Counted from the whole stretch's first letter, positions 12,365-26,884 are shown. The stretch is 63,608 bases of DNA, filler included, from Octopus bimaculoides (GCF_001194135.2; 5 parts of 5 records of this genome joined end to end with filler, not necessarily neighbours in it); one strand, 5' to 3'. The notes: generated from the letters alone by a model not told the origin. A program made the numbers and translations.

Positions 12365-12752
12365 TTTACCTTTTTACTTGTTTCAGTCACTACTTCAAAG
12401 GGTTTTTTTTTAAGTCGAAGAAATAAATCCTAGGAATTATTCTTTGTAAGCCTAGTACTTATTTTACCGGTGTCTTTTGTCGAACTGCCGCGTTACGCTG
12501 ACGTAAACACACCAACATCGGTTGTCAAGGGATAGTGAGGGGGGCAGACACAAAGACACATACACAAAGACACACACACACACTCACACACACATATATA
12601 TACGACGGTCTTGTTTCAGTTCCCGTCTAACAAATCTACTCACAAGGTTCTGGTCGGCCTGTGGCTATAGTAGAAGGTGCCACGCAGTGGGTCTGAATCT
12701 GGAACCATGTGGTCGGGAAGCAGTCTTCTTACCACACAGCCAGGCCTGCGCC
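12365..12752 (-). mobile_element. SINE family A copy
   Basis: Tail module at 12365-12545 and head ending ...TTACCACACAGCCAGGCCTGCGCC. Confidence 0.8.
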
Positions 12753-15117
12753 TACATATATATATATATATATATATATANNNNNNNNNNNNNNNNNNNN
12801 NNNNNNNNNNNNNNNNNNNNNNNNNNNNNNNNNNNNNNNNNNNNNNNNNNNNNNNNNNNNNNNNNNNNNNNNNNNNNNNNNNNNNNNNNNNNNNNNNNNN
12901 NNNNNNNNNNNNNNNNNNNNNNNNNNNNNNNNNNNNNNNNNNNNNNNNNNNNNNNNNNNNNNNNNNNNNNNNNNNNNNNNNNNNNNNNNNNNNNNNNNNN
13001 NNNNNNNNNNNNNNNNNNNNNNNNNNNNNNNNNNNNNNNNNNNNNNNNNNNATGGTTTGGTGGTTTATCTGTTAGTGTGTTTGTGTGTGTGTGTGTGTGT
13101 GTATGACGTAGTGGAAGAAATTAGTAGCAGGACTGGTTAGTGGACGCTTATAGACAGTGTAGATAGAAGGTCAACAGGCGGTTTTTTGAGTATGTGTGTG
13201 TTCGTGTTTGTGTGGGGTTGTAAGTGTTGGGTACGTGTACGCGTGTGTGTGTATTTTGTATGTGTGCGTGTGTGTATGTGTATGTTTTTGTGCGTGCGTG
13301 TGTGTTTGTGTGTATGTGTATGTTGTGTATATGTGTGTTGCTGTGTACGTGTGTGTGCGTGCGTTTGCTATTGTATGTGCGTGTGTTGTTTATGCCCATG
13401 TGTGTGTGATTGTATGCGTGTCTGTGTGAGTGTGTAGTGTTGGTGAGAAGTGTGAGTGGAAATCGAACCGTTGAACGTGAAATTAATAAGGCATTAAAAC
13501 AGAATGACTCTCCCCAGACATAATAAAATATGTTTCAACACACGAATTCACATAAAGAATCTTGCAAACCAAATAGAAAAATGAAATATGTATATATATA
13601 ATGAGGGAAAGGCCGCTAGTATAAGTGTACAACAGATTGAATACCAGATTAGTACTAAGAAGCTCTAAACTCTTAAATTCAACTTCCTAATCTAGGCGAA
13701 AATAATTCTTAGTGTTAACAAGAATTAACTCGAAGAACTGTGTAATGCAAAAGATGGACAAACATGTATTTATGGCGTCATATAATTTATTTCATCTATT
13801 AAAAATCTTATATAAATATTATATAAACATAGCTATAAATATGAATGTTGAAGCAAAAATATATTCTTCAATAATCCTTTACATCTACAATCTGCACTAC
13901 AGGGAGTATCTGAAAATATTACGTGAGAATTGAAATTTTCTCTTTAACAAACAGCGGGACGCAATTTCATTTTGTAGACATCGATTTTTTTAAAAGGTTT
14001 ACTTCTTAGCATAGATGAACATGTTTCAATCACCTTAGATAACTAGTAACCTGTATTTCAACCTAACATGCCTGTTCTAGCTTATAATATGTTCTTTTCT
14101 ATCTGTTTTACAAGTAATTACTGGGCTTATTATTCTTATGACACCTTAAACTCTTTAAAATTCTATTTTCTGCGTTATATCATAGATACTTTCACTGTCC
14201 GTTCTTATTACATTATCTCTTTTGCCTTTTCTTCCTCTTTTTCTTTTTATTCTCTTATTTTCTAGTTTCCCATTCTTTAATTCTTTATATTTTCACTAGA
14301 GCTTCTGCCTCGTATTATCTACATGGTTGGACGCTTATATGTAAGGCAACCAAAAGATCAGTTGCCACCCACTGAGAAGGGAATGCCTGGATGCTTTCTT
14401 CTGTTGTTTTGTTTATTTCGTTCATTCTTTTCTTTTAATGAATGCAGTTTGATCTTCTGTCTCCTATATTTCCATCAAACTTGTTTCATGACGTATCTTG
14501 ACCAGTGTGATTCTTTCTAACTGACTGTAGCCCTGTCATGTTTTCTCTGCTCTTTCTTCCACTTTTTCCTTTTCCTTCTTTCGTTTTACTATACGTACGT
14601 CTCCTGTAATCTCCCTATCCCGCACTTTTCTTACACCTTCTCGCAGTATATCTCACAACCTTTCTACCTATCATTCTTACTACTTCTCCATCACTAACTC
14701 ACCTTCCCTCCATATGTTTATTGATGTTTTCATGCTCTTAAATACCGGCTTACTGCCACAATAATCGCATTTTCCCATTCCGTCTGAAGAAAAAATTTGG
14801 CGCTTAGCGCATTCGGCTTAAATATATTGATGTTTCATGTTTATGTGCTGATAATAATTTCTACTTCTTTGATGTGTATTATTGCATGATACACATTGGT
14901 ACATCAAAGCGTCACTGAATCTTTGAAACAGCCGTAAAGAACTATCTAGAAAAAATATTTTTGCTTTGAAAATTATATCTATGGTTATGTTTATATACCA
15001 TCTTTTATAAATGATATCGTACTATGTACATAAATGAGTGTCCGTCTTTTGTCATACACACATACGAGCACGCGCACACAGATACACTATAAATGCTAGA
15101 TTGATGAAGTAAGGATC

Positions 15118-15323
<206 letters not shown>

Positions 15324-15759
15324 CCATGGGGGAAACGAACCACTGAAAGGGACATAATGCAGGCAAGGCAAGATCTAGGAAAAAATTGAGCAATAGTTAA
15401 GAGGAAACTGGAAAAATGGGAAAAAGACCGACCGAGAAAAATTAGAGAAGAAATATATAATACGGAAGAACGGGTTTGATGCAGTAATAGAGCAGTTAAA
15501 ACAGAAGATCATGGCAAAAAGTCAGAAGATCAGAAGATTTGTGAACAAAAATAAGTAATTCGAGAAGAACAGATTGTTCAAAAATAACCCGAAGTAATTC
15601 TTCCGAACGTTAGAAGGAAACAATGGGGAAAATGTTGCTCCTGATGCAAATCAAGTCAAGGAGTTCTGGAGCAGATTATGGGGAAACAATGTGGTGCATA
15701 AAATGGATGTAATGTGGATAGGAACTATCAAGACAGAATTACAAGGACGAAAGAAACAA
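15324..15759 (+). mobile_element. R4/Dong-like LINE fragment (pre-RT region)
   Basis: Translates (with disruptions) as ...AVIEQLKQKIMAKSQKIRRF...NRLFKNNPK*FFRTL...KEFWSRLW, typical of the region upstream of RT in R4-clade ORFs. Confidence 0.7.
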
Positions 15760-16168
<409 letters not shown>

Positions 16169-16477
16169 CGACGACGATGATGATAATAATAATATGCCTG
16201 ATGCAGTACCAGGCAGTGGCCCCCATGGCATTTGGTCTTAACTGATTGGAAGTACATTGTTTTGTCTTGGTATAAAAGATGGACTACATCAAATATTCTG
16301 CTCAATACCACAAATTTGCTTGTCAGTTGCTTCACCTTAAACAATTGAGGATGTTCTTTAGAGGCTGACAATATGTGCATCTCTGATCACGAGCAAAAGT
16401 ATTGGGGGAGAATCTTTGGGGTTTGAATAATTCACCTCTGGAAACATGGTGGTGGTGGTGGTGGAGGAGGTGGAGGT

Positions 16478-16541
16478 GGGACTGAACCTGGAACCATATG
16501 GTTGGTAAGCGAGCTACTTACCACACAGCCATGCCTGCGCC
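16478..16541 (-). mobile_element. SINE family A head fragment
   Basis: GAACCTGGAACCATATGGTTGGTAAGC...CCACACAGCCATGCCTGCGCC. Confidence 0.75.
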
Positions 16542-16770
16542 TAAGCCCCTATATATATATATAAATATATACATATATATATATTATTTATTATTATTAT
16601 GATATATATGTATGTATAGTTATTTTCCGGGCAACCCTGACAGATTCAGCCAATGAGTATTGTGGATCAAGAAGCAACGATTTATGAGTCAGCTCTGAAT
16701 AATTAAATAAATACTAACACAGAAATATAGACAGAAATATGTTTATATATAATAGATATATGCATGTATG

Positions 16771-16924
<154 letters not shown>

Positions 16925-17189
16925 TTATGTCAGACAGGCATACATATCTCCCGATATCGGGTAAGACAAATAGAGATAAATCTGAGTGAAATTGTTAATA
17001 TATAGATGTGAATACGAGTGTGCACATATATATATGTATATATATAAATGTATATATATGTGTGTGTGTGTATGTGTGTGTGTGTGTGTGTCTGGTGTCT
17101 GTGTGTTTGTATATACGTTTATATATGTATATATATATATATGTGTGTGTTTGTATATACGTATGTATATATGTATGGTATGTAAAACA

Positions 17190-17240
<51 letters not shown>

Positions 17241-18199
17241 NNNNNNNNNNNNNNNNNNNNNNNNNNNNNNNNNNNNNNNNNNNNNNNNNNNNNNNNNNNN
17301 NNNNNNNNNNNNNNNNNNNNNNNNNNNNNNNNNNNNNNNNNNNNNNNNNNNNNNNNNNNNNNNNNNNNNNNNNNNNNNNNNNNNNNNNNNNNNNNNNNNN
17401 NNNNNNNNNNNNNNNNNNNNNNNNNNNNNNNNNNNNNNNNNNNNNNNNNNNNNNNNNNNNNNNNNNNNNNNNNNNNNNNNNNNNNNNNNNNNNNNNNNNN
17501 NNNNNNNNNNNNNNNNNNNNNNNNNNNNNNNNNNNNNNNNNNNNNNNNNNNNNNNNNNNNNNNNNNNNNNNNNNNNNNNNNNNNNNNNNNNNNNNNNNNN
17601 NNNNNNNNNNNNNNNNNNNNNNNNNNNNNNNNNNNNNNNNNNNNNNNNNNNNNNNNNNNNNNNNNNNNNNNNNNNNNNNNNNNNNNNNNNNNNNNNNNNN
17701 NNNNNNNNNNNNNNNNNNNNNNNNNNNNNNNNNNNNNNNNNNNNNNNNNNNNNNNNNNNNNNNNNNNNNNNNNNNNNNNNNNNNNNNNNNNNNNNNNNNN
17801 NNNNNNNNNNNNNNNNNNNNNNNNNNNNNNNNNNNNNNNNNNNNNNNNNNNNNNNNNNNNNNNNNNNNNNNNNNNNNNNNNNNNNNNNNNNNNNNNNNNN
17901 NNNNNNNNNNNNNNNNNNNNNNNNNNNNNNNNNNNNNNNNNNNNNNNNNNNNNNNNNNNNNNNNNNNNNNNNNNNNNNNNNNNNNNNNNNNNNNNNNNNN
18001 NNNNNNNNNNNNNNNNNNNNNNNNNNNNNNNNNNNNNNNNNNNNNNNNNNNNNNNNNNNNNNNNNNNNNNNNNNNNNNNNNNNNNNNNNNNNNNNNNNNN
18101 NNNNNNNNNNNNNNNNNNNNNNNNNNNNNNNNNNNNNNNNNNNNNNNNNNNNNNNNNNNNNNNNNNNNNNNNNNNNTATATATATATATATATATATAT

Positions 18200-18236
<37 letters not shown>

Positions 18237-18514
18237 CATTTATATTTCCATTTTAAATATGTAGTCTTAAAGGAGACACTTAAGCCTTCAGTGAAAATTG
18301 TTTTGCGTTAAAATCCATATTAAAAAAACAAAAAGAACGAATGTGTTCAGTTTACTGCGTTATCGGAATATCAGCACGTCTGAGAATCGCCTCAGGCCCA
18401 AAGTTTATGAGTCACATACACTCAATCGAGGCAGAAGAATCTACGAAACGGATTCTATTGCTAATTGTGATATACAAATTGTCATGTGAGAGTGTGAATG
18501 ATTTATTATGAATA

Positions 18515-18665
18515 CGGCGTGGTAGTGTAGTAAGTAGTTTGCATCCCAACCACATGGTTCCGTGCTCAATACCAATGCGTGGCAGCTTGGTATTCCATTA
18601 TAGATCCGGTTTGACCAACGTCTTGTGAATGGATTTGGTAGAGAGAAGCTGTGCGGAATCCCGTC
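18515..18665 (+). mobile_element. SINE family A head module
   Basis: Similar to 23518-23675. Confidence 0.7.
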
Positions 18666-18671
18666 CTAGTT

Positions 18672-18934
18672 GTATTCTTTTATTTGTTTCAGTCGTTTGA
18701 CTGCGGTCATGCTGGAGCACCGCCTTAAAGGATATTTATAGTCGAAGAATCGGCTCCAGGACTTAATTCTTTGTAAGCCTAGTAGTTATTCTATCGGTCT
18801 GTTTTGGTCAACCGTGAAGTTACGGGGTCGTAGACACACCACCGTCGGTTGTCAAGTGATAATGTTGTAACACTCACAGACACAAAGACACACACGCATA
18901 AATATATACATACACCTACATATATACATCCATC

Positions 18935-18974
<40 letters not shown>

Positions 18975-19722
18975 AACAAAAATAATAAATGCGCCCTTTT
19001 AAAGCCTAGCCAGGCCCATGGGCCCGGTTTCCCGGTTTCAATGGTGTATGTGTTACCCAGCTGGACGGGACGCCAGTCCATCGCAGCGTTGCTCATTTTT
19101 GCCTGGTGAGTGAACTGGAGCAACGTGAAATGAAGTATTTTGCTCAAGAACACAACGCGTCGCCCGATCCAAGAATCGAAGCCACAATCTTACGATCCTG
19201 ATGCTAAGCCNNNNNNNNNNNNNNNNNNNNNNNNNNNNNNNNNNNNNNNNNNNNNNNNNNNNNNNNNNNNNNNNNNNNNNNNNNNNNNNNNNNNNNNNNN
19301 NNNNNNNNNNNNNNNNNNNNNNNNNNNNNNNNNNNNNNNNNNNNNNNNNNNNNNNNNNNNNNNNNNNNNNNNNNNNNNNNNNNNNNNNNNNNNNNNNNNN
19401 NNNNNNNNNNNNNNNNNNNNNNNNNNNNNNNNNNNNNNNNNNNNNNNNNNNNNNNNNNNNNNNNNNNNNNNNNNNNNNNNNNNNNNNNNNNNNNNNNNNN
19501 NNNNNNNNNNNNNNNNNNNNNNNNNNNNNNNNNNNNNNNNNNNNNNNNNATATATATATATATATACAAGTGGCTTCTGTCAGTTTCCGTCTAACAAATT
19601 CAATCACAAGGCTTGGTTCACCCTCAGGCTATAGTAGAAGATACTTGCCCAAGGTGCCACGTTGTGAGACTGAAACTGGAACCATGTGGTTGGGAAACAA
19701 GTTTCTTACCACAGAGCCACGC
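18672..19722 (-). mobile_element. SINE family A copy split by a family B insertion and an N gap
   Basis: Tail at 18672-18860 and head at 19570-19722 on the same strand. Confidence 0.7.
18990..19210 (-). mobile_element. SINE family B copy
   Basis: GAACTGGAGCAACGTGAAATGAAGT...TTGCTCAAGAACACAACGC shared with 42700-42760. Confidence 0.75.
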
Positions 19723-19727
19723 TTGTG

Positions 19728-19765
<38 letters not shown>

Positions 19766-20799
19766 GCATGCATGTATGCATATATGTATGTATACGTATA
19801 TACGTAAGAGATTAGATTTGTGTCTCATTTTCCTCCTCTCCTTCTCCCTCACACCCTCTCTCTCTCTGCCTCTCTATATCCCTATATATGTGACACGCAT
19901 ACACATATATATATATACATACATACATACATGCACACACACATGCCCCCACACACACACACACACAGGTGTATGTATCTCGTGAGCTTTTACATCTCAT
20001 TTGTATGATAAATTATTTATCACCTAGTAAGTATTGTAGACACAAAAAATATGAATTCCTCGTGAATATAAATGTAGCAAATAAGTGTGTCTTATATAGA
20101 AACACACATGCGCGCCCGCACAGAGAAAAATATATAAGTGTATACATACATGCAAAAATAGATACGAACATACACATATACATAGATACACACACACACA
20201 TATGTGTGCGTATATATATATGTGTGTACATATATATGTATACATATATATATGTATATATGTATATATATATATNNNNNNNNNNNNNNNNNNNNNNNNN
20301 NNNNNNNNNNNNNNNNNNNNNNNNNNNNNNNNNNNNNNNNNNNNNNNNNNNNNNNNNNNNNNNNNNNNNNNNNNNNNNNNNNNNNNNNNNNNNNNNNNNN
20401 NNNNNNNNNNNNNNNNNNNNNNNNNNNNNNNNNNNNNNNNNNNNNNNNNNNNNNNNNNNNNNNNNNNNNNNNNNNNNNNNNNNNNNNNNNNNNNNNNNNN
20501 NNNNNNNNNNNNNNNNNNNNNNNNNNNNNNNNNNNNNNNNNNNNNNNNNNNNNNNNNNNNNNNNNNNNNNNNNNNNNNNNNNNNNNNNNNNNNNNNNNNN
20601 NNNNNNNNNNNNNNNNNNNNNNNNNNNNNNNNNNNNNNNNNNNNNNNNNNNNNNNNNNNNNNNNNNNNNNNNNNNNNNNNNNNNNNNNNNNNNNNNNNNN
20701 NNNNNNNNNNNNNNNNNNNNNNNNNNNNNNNNNNNNNNNNNNNNNNNNNNNNNNNNNNNNNNNNNNNNNNNNNNNNNNNNNNNNNNNNNNNNNNNTATA

Positions 20800-21621
20800 C
20801 AGGCAAAATAATTGGACAAAATAAAGGAAACAGAGAAAATAATGGAAAAACCTAGCATCATAGCATCATAATTTTTAAGTATCTATAAAATGTCTGTTTA
20901 TTTTTTATATTTTTGATTTATTATTAGTGCTGCTTAATATGTTTTGCTAAAATTGCTGTCTCTTTTTAGATGTCATCAGAAAAAGATAATTAAAATTCAT
21001 TAAAATGACAGATTTATCGGATATCAAAGAGATCAAATTCTTGGTGCCAAAAGAAGCATTTGACCTAGATTGTCTTCTTCCAGCTGCTAAACATGGAGGA
21101 TCTGTGAATGATCTGGGGAGCTATGTCTTGGAAATCCGCCGGCCCAATGGTTTCCCTTCATGGCAAAATTAATAGTCAAGACTATTTAACCATTTTATCT
21201 GATCAAATTCATCCTCTGCTTACGAAACTGTCTCCAGAGGGAAACGCAATTTTCGGGATGATAACGCTGTGTGGTAATTCACACAGCTAAAGTTGTTACT
21301 GAATGGCACGAGGAATATTCTAGTGAGGTCGAACATCATACCTGGCCACCTCAATCCCTAAATCTCAATATTATTGAACATTTATGGTGCATTTTAGAAA
21401 AACAAGTAAGGAGGCGATATCCTCCACCGTCGTCACTACAAGAGTTGGAGACTGTTTTAGCTGAGGAATGGACAAAAATTCCTTTGAAAACAATTCAGAC
21501 TTTGTACGAGTTCATACCTCGTAGAATTCAAGGTGTAATTACTGCCAAAGGCGGTTTACCCCATATTAAAATAAATTTGCTTGAAATTTTTAGGTGTTTC
21601 CATTATTTTGTCCAACCCCTG
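20800..21621 (+). mobile_element. Tc1-like DNA transposon, internally deleted
   Basis: KHGGS(frameshift)VMIWGAMSW, DNA..HTAKVV..W, WPPQSLNLNIIEHLW; right end GGTGTTTCCATTATTTTGTCCAACCCCTG-TA; degenerate left end at 20800. Confidence 0.88.
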
Positions 21622-23288
21622 TATATATATATATATATNNNNNNNNNNNNNNNNNNNNNNNNNNNNNNNNNNNNNNNNNNNNNNNNNNNNNNNNNNNNNN
21701 NNNNNNNNNNNNNNNNNNNNNNNNNNNNNNNNNNNNNNNNNNNNNNNNNNNNNNNNNNNNNNNNNNNNNNNNNNNNNNNNNNNNNNNNNNNNNNNNNNNN
21801 NNNNNNNNNNNNNNNNNNNNNNNNNNNNNNNNNNNNNNNNNNNNNNNNNNNNNNNNNNNNNNNNNNNNNNNNNNNNNNNNNNNNNNNNNNNNNNNNNNNN
21901 NNNNNNNNNNNNNNNNNNNNNNATATATATATATATATACACCAGCTAGTATAGAGGCACATATATATACTAGCTGGTGTACCCAGTCATTCCTGGGGGT
22001 AAAGATGTTCTACTGAAACTCTTTATTACTCTGATATAAGAAAGCAATTTCGTTATAACTGCCACAAAAGGTGTATTTTCCGTTGCGAAAAAGTGTAAAA
22101 AACTGTCAGCTGGAGAAGGGATAGATTGTATGTATGTAAATATATGAATGAAGTGTTTGAAGAAAGTGCAATTATTATTGCACTTTCTTCTCACTCACTG
22201 GTGGTCGCTCTCAGTAACTGCCTTTAGCTTACGGAGTTCTTGTTTTTATAACTATCAAAAAACAGCCAGAATGATAGACATATTGTTGAGAACAATTGAT
22301 TTCGTTGGAGGTCTGTTATCTCCATTCCAGCTCCTAGTGTCCTAGAAGAGGTTAGAAGGGTGAAGTGGCAAAGACATTATTCTGCTTAGCAAAGGCATCT
22401 GGGAAATGTATAACTGCTATCATTCACAGAAAAACTATTGTTTTATCGGGGAAAAACGTTGTTGAAGTGTTAAGGGAAATAAGGCAATCGAGGATCGAAT
22501 CCACGCTATGCCTGCATGAAGCCACTACAAATACGTTGCGGAATAAAAAAAACTTATCAACTGTCATGAAAAAAGTGTAACTGTAAAAATGCAGAATTAT
22601 CGGAGTGATGGACATTCAAAAAAAGTATGTATGTATAGAAAAGTATGAATGAAGTCTTGAATGTCTAAGATTCAAATTAAGGAAGTGCAATAATAATGTT
22701 TAGCAATTCAAAACTGTAAGTAGTGAAATGCAGAATTAGGTCGGCTGAACGTGAAAATCAAATATTGATCGCTTCGCTAAAAACTGCAGGTGGTATGGGT
22801 TATTTCCCTTGGGTTGTTTAAATAAAATATTAGTAATATGAAGTAGATAGAAGGATCCATTGGAGAGGCCCTATTATCGATATTTTTCAACAAACTAAGT
22901 ATGTCACGTGGTTTCCAGATATGAGTTCTACTTACGTGTCAAATAAAGTATAAAAGTGATATTGTCTGCAAAAATTAGAAATTGGACACACAAAAAATCA
23001 ATATTCAAAGTAATCGAACATAAACAATGAAATGGGTTATTTCCCTTGAGTGTTTAAAGAAAATATCGTGCAGGTGCTATGGGTTATTTCCCTTGGGTGT
23101 TAGAAACAAAATTGATACCCCCAAAACAATGCGATTTGTCTGGAAGAAAGAAACAACAGCAAATTACCTACCAGAATTTCATGGTGGAATGTCTTTATCA
23201 AGACTGCAGTACAATACAAGCACAACAGATAATAATTTGGGCCAGAGAAGAGAATCTATGCACAGCATCTGAAATAAGTTGCCCATTA

Positions 23289-24281
23289 CAGTAACGCCTC
23301 GATATACGAGTTAATTTGTTCCCGGACACCGCTCGTAAAACGAAAACTCATAAAGCAGAGCAATAATTTCCCATAGTGGCAATGTTATAAAGCGTAATTC
23401 GTTCCCAGAAAAATATTTTACCAATAAAATTATAATATTTGTAAATAAATGGCAATAAAACAACAGTAAAATTTAAAGAATATTTAATGTAAAGTAAAAA
23501 GCATGTCAAGATCATTTAGGAGTGATTGTGTAGTAAGTCGCCTGCTTACCAACCACATGGTTCCGGGTTCATTCCCACTGCGTGGCACCTTGGGCAAGTG
23601 TCTTCTACTATAGCCTCGGGCCGACCAAAGCCTTGTGAGTGGATTTGGTAGACGGAAACTGAAAGAAGCCCGTCGTGTATATATATGTAAATGTATGTAC
23701 GTATATGCTTATGTTTGTGTTTTTTTTGTCCCTCCCCCCAACCGATGCTGGTGTGTTTACGTCCCCGTAACTTAGCAGTTCGTCAAAAGAGACCGATAGA
23801 ATAAGTACTAGGCTTGCAAAGAATAAGTCCTGGGGTCGATTTGCTCGACTNNNNNNNNNNGGCTTGCAAAGAATAAGTCCTGGGGTCGATTTGCTCGACT
23901 AAAGGCGGTGCTTCAGAATGGCCGCAGTCATATGACTGAAACAAGTAAAAGAATAAAAGAATAAAAGAATATCGTTTTCTGAATCACTTTCACTAGTACG
24001 AGACTCGAGCACACCATCACTTGTAGACGCGATCGCTGATTCACAAGCACTCGTAGACGGACTTGTAGATTTTTTTTCAAAGAAGCAAGTCTAGAGTTGT
24101 ATGCTAAGAAGCTTTTTTTTTTTTTTCGCTCTCTATAAATTTCTCAGTAACACGCAGAAGCATTTGTTATGGTAATAGAAACTTTTACACTTCATTCAAA
24201 ATTTGGATCGTGTGCATGAAAAATAAAACTTGTAAACTCGGAGTCTCGTAGAGCGGGTCCTCGTAAAGTGATGAATGGCTG
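23289..24281. mobile_element. Probable pogo/Tigger-type non-autonomous element carrying a SINE insertion
   Basis: TA-CAGTAACGCCTCGATATACGAG left end; degenerate right end ...CTCGTAAAGTGATGAATGGCTG-TA with repeated CTCGTA subterminal motifs. Confidence 0.5.
23518..23970 (+). mobile_element. SINE family A, best-preserved copy
   Basis: Head with B-box-like GGTTC(A)TTCCC; CCTTGGGCAAGTGTCTT core; (TA/TG)n spacer; tail ending TGACTGAAACAAGT(AAAAGAAT)n. Confidence 0.88.
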
Positions 24282-24627
24282 TATATACCAGCATAATGCT
24301 AAATAGCTGAGACAAAGACAAGATCTATGCTGAGTTTATGAAAAATCTGCTGGTACACCATGCGCTCAATAGCTTTTGTACTAATAATTACGACTATGTG
24401 ACTGACAGCCTCAGTACCAATTTTGACAAGCTTCTCAAAACCAGAAAGAACACGCTTAATCGGATGATTACAGCTACAAACTGTCTAAGTTACTGTCAAA
24501 ATAGGTAAAACATTTATGAAGTTTAGAAAGTAATAAGATTTGCATATGCAATAACATCCGTGCTTGTGCTCATGCGTACTTGTGCACGGGTATATATTAA
24601 TCCGTAAATGCATTCATGTCCGAATAC

Positions 24628-24658
<31 letters not shown>

Positions 24659-25200
24659 NNNNNNNNNNNNNNNNNNNNNNNNNNNNNNNNNNNNNNNNNN
24701 NNNNNNNNNNNNNNNNNNNNNNNNNNNNNNNNNNNNNNNNNNNNNNNNNNNNNNNNNNNNNNNNNNNNNNNNNNNNNNNNNNNNNNNNNNNNNNNNNNNN
24801 NNNNNNNNNNNNNNNNNNNNNNNNNNNNNNNNNNNNNNNNNNNNNNNNNNNNNNNNNNNNNNNNNNNNNNNNNNNNNNNNNNNNNNNNNNNNNNNNNNNN
24901 NNNNNNNNNNNNNNNNNNNNNNNNNNNNNNNNNNNNNNNNNNNNNNNNNNNNNNNNNNNNNNNNNNNNNNNNNNNNNNNNNNNNNNNNNNNNNNNNNNNN
25001 NNNNNNNNNNNNNNNNNNNNNNNNNNNNNNNNNNNNNNNNNNNNNNNNNNNNNNNNNNNNNNNNNNNNNNNNNNNNNNNNNNNNNNNNNNNNNNNNNNNN
25101 NNNNNNNNNNNNNNNNNNNNNNNNNNNNNNNNNNNNNNNNNNNNNNNNNNNNNNNNNNNNNNNNNNNNNNNNNNNNNNNNNNNNNNNNNNNNNNNNNNNN

Positions 25201-25234
<34 letters not shown>

Positions 25235-26340
25235 CACCCCACATGCATCCACATATATCTACATAGCAGAAGGATTATTGCGGCTGAACGTTGCCCGAGA
25301 GATGCATGGATCATTTCCTATAGGCAGTCCTATCCGGTTTTTTGTTCCAGTGTGCGCTATACTTGTGAATATACTTGAATCTTTACCATTTATATTATTA
25401 TGCATATACATGGTGCACATAATTATGTACATGCATACATGTGCGCATGCATACACACGCGCGAGCACTATCACGCACACATCCACATACACATGCTTTG
25501 GTTTTTCAACACATTAACACACGCACGAGCACAAATAAATTAAAACAAAGTTGAATATACACAAGTAACGGGTTTTCTTAAAATTACATTAGAATGCACA
25601 AGCGCACATATCTGAATTTCATGCTGTGACTACAAATGATATATCAACACATTGGAATGTAGTTCCTTTTTCTATCAAGTTCTGACCCTGACGAAATGTT
25701 CAATTAATTAACTATAATTCAATATGAATCTTTAATTTGATTTTTCTAATTTGAATTAATTGTTTGGATATGGAATCAATTGTAGGTTCTATGAGTTTCA
25801 TATTGTTCGAAATTGGATTTGTTTCAATAAATTGATGTCTGCATGTCAATTTCTCCGTTTTTTTCTTTTCCTAATACAAAAATGGTAATATACCCACATC
25901 CATTATTGTGAAGCTAACATCATTTAGTATTTCATTGATACACTGGATAAAACCGAGGAACTTGGATGCTGACATCCCTTTAAGAAGTATTTACATCCTT
26001 GAAATTATATATATATATATATATATATATAGCTAAAGAGTTAAAATTAATCAAAGGACATACTATTATTTAAATCGCCAAAATAGACTGATAATAACTA
26101 CAGAAATCAACCGTCCGAAGGCAAAGTGTTATTTCCAGCAGGTAGACATAGTATGTTCTTTGATTAATTTTAATCCTTCAGCAATTTAATGCCTTTTTGG
26201 GGCCTGCAATCGCCTATATTACTGATTCTGTTACTATTTTTAAATTGTTAAACAAGGTAATAAAAGAGTCAATGGTATCTTCACAAATTATTCTTTCGTG
26301 AATAATTTGTGAAATCTCGTGAATTATTTACTCCGTATTG

Positions 26341-26385
<45 letters not shown>

Positions 26386-26485
26386 NNNNNNNNNNNNNNN
26401 NNNNNNNNNNNNNNNNNNNNNNNNNNNNNTTAATTAATTAANNNNNNNNNNNNNNNNNNNNNNNNNNNNNNNNNNNNNNNNNNNN
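26386..26485. other. Artificial scaffold linker 44N-TTAATTAATTAA-44N (also 30682-30781, 32732-32831, 34317-34416)
   Basis: The same 100-bp construct occurs four times; the 12-mer gives stops in all six frames. Confidence 0.95.
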
Positions 26486-26884
26486 AATGTTGTAAGAGCT
26501 GGGTCAGGCAGCTCCTACCTGGTCGAAAGCCATGTTGGGTATCACTCAGCAATTTATTTTCTTCAAGGAAGGCAATTAGTTTTCCTCTGACTATCCTTTC
26601 CATGACTTTGCTGATGTGTGAAGTCAGAGAGATAGGCCTATAGTTTTTGGCATCTGCTCTGCTTCCCCCTTTATGGATTGGGCATATTATTCCCTCCTTC
26701 AGCTTGCTTGGCAGTCTACCGTTTGCGAGAGAGCTCTGGAAGAGGGCCTGGAGGGGTTTTGCCAGGGCATGCTTACACGATTTAAGGAGGATTGCTAGGA
26801 AACCATCAGGGCCAGCAGTTGAGTTTGTGTCCACTTCATGTATAGCTAGTAGTACATCTTCTTCGCTAATGTTGATGTATTCCA
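26486..26884 (-). pseudogene. CR1/Jockey-type LINE reverse transcriptase fragment
   Basis: AGPDG...PIHKGG...NYRPISLTSHISKVMERIV...QHGFRPGRSCLTQLL. Confidence 0.92.
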
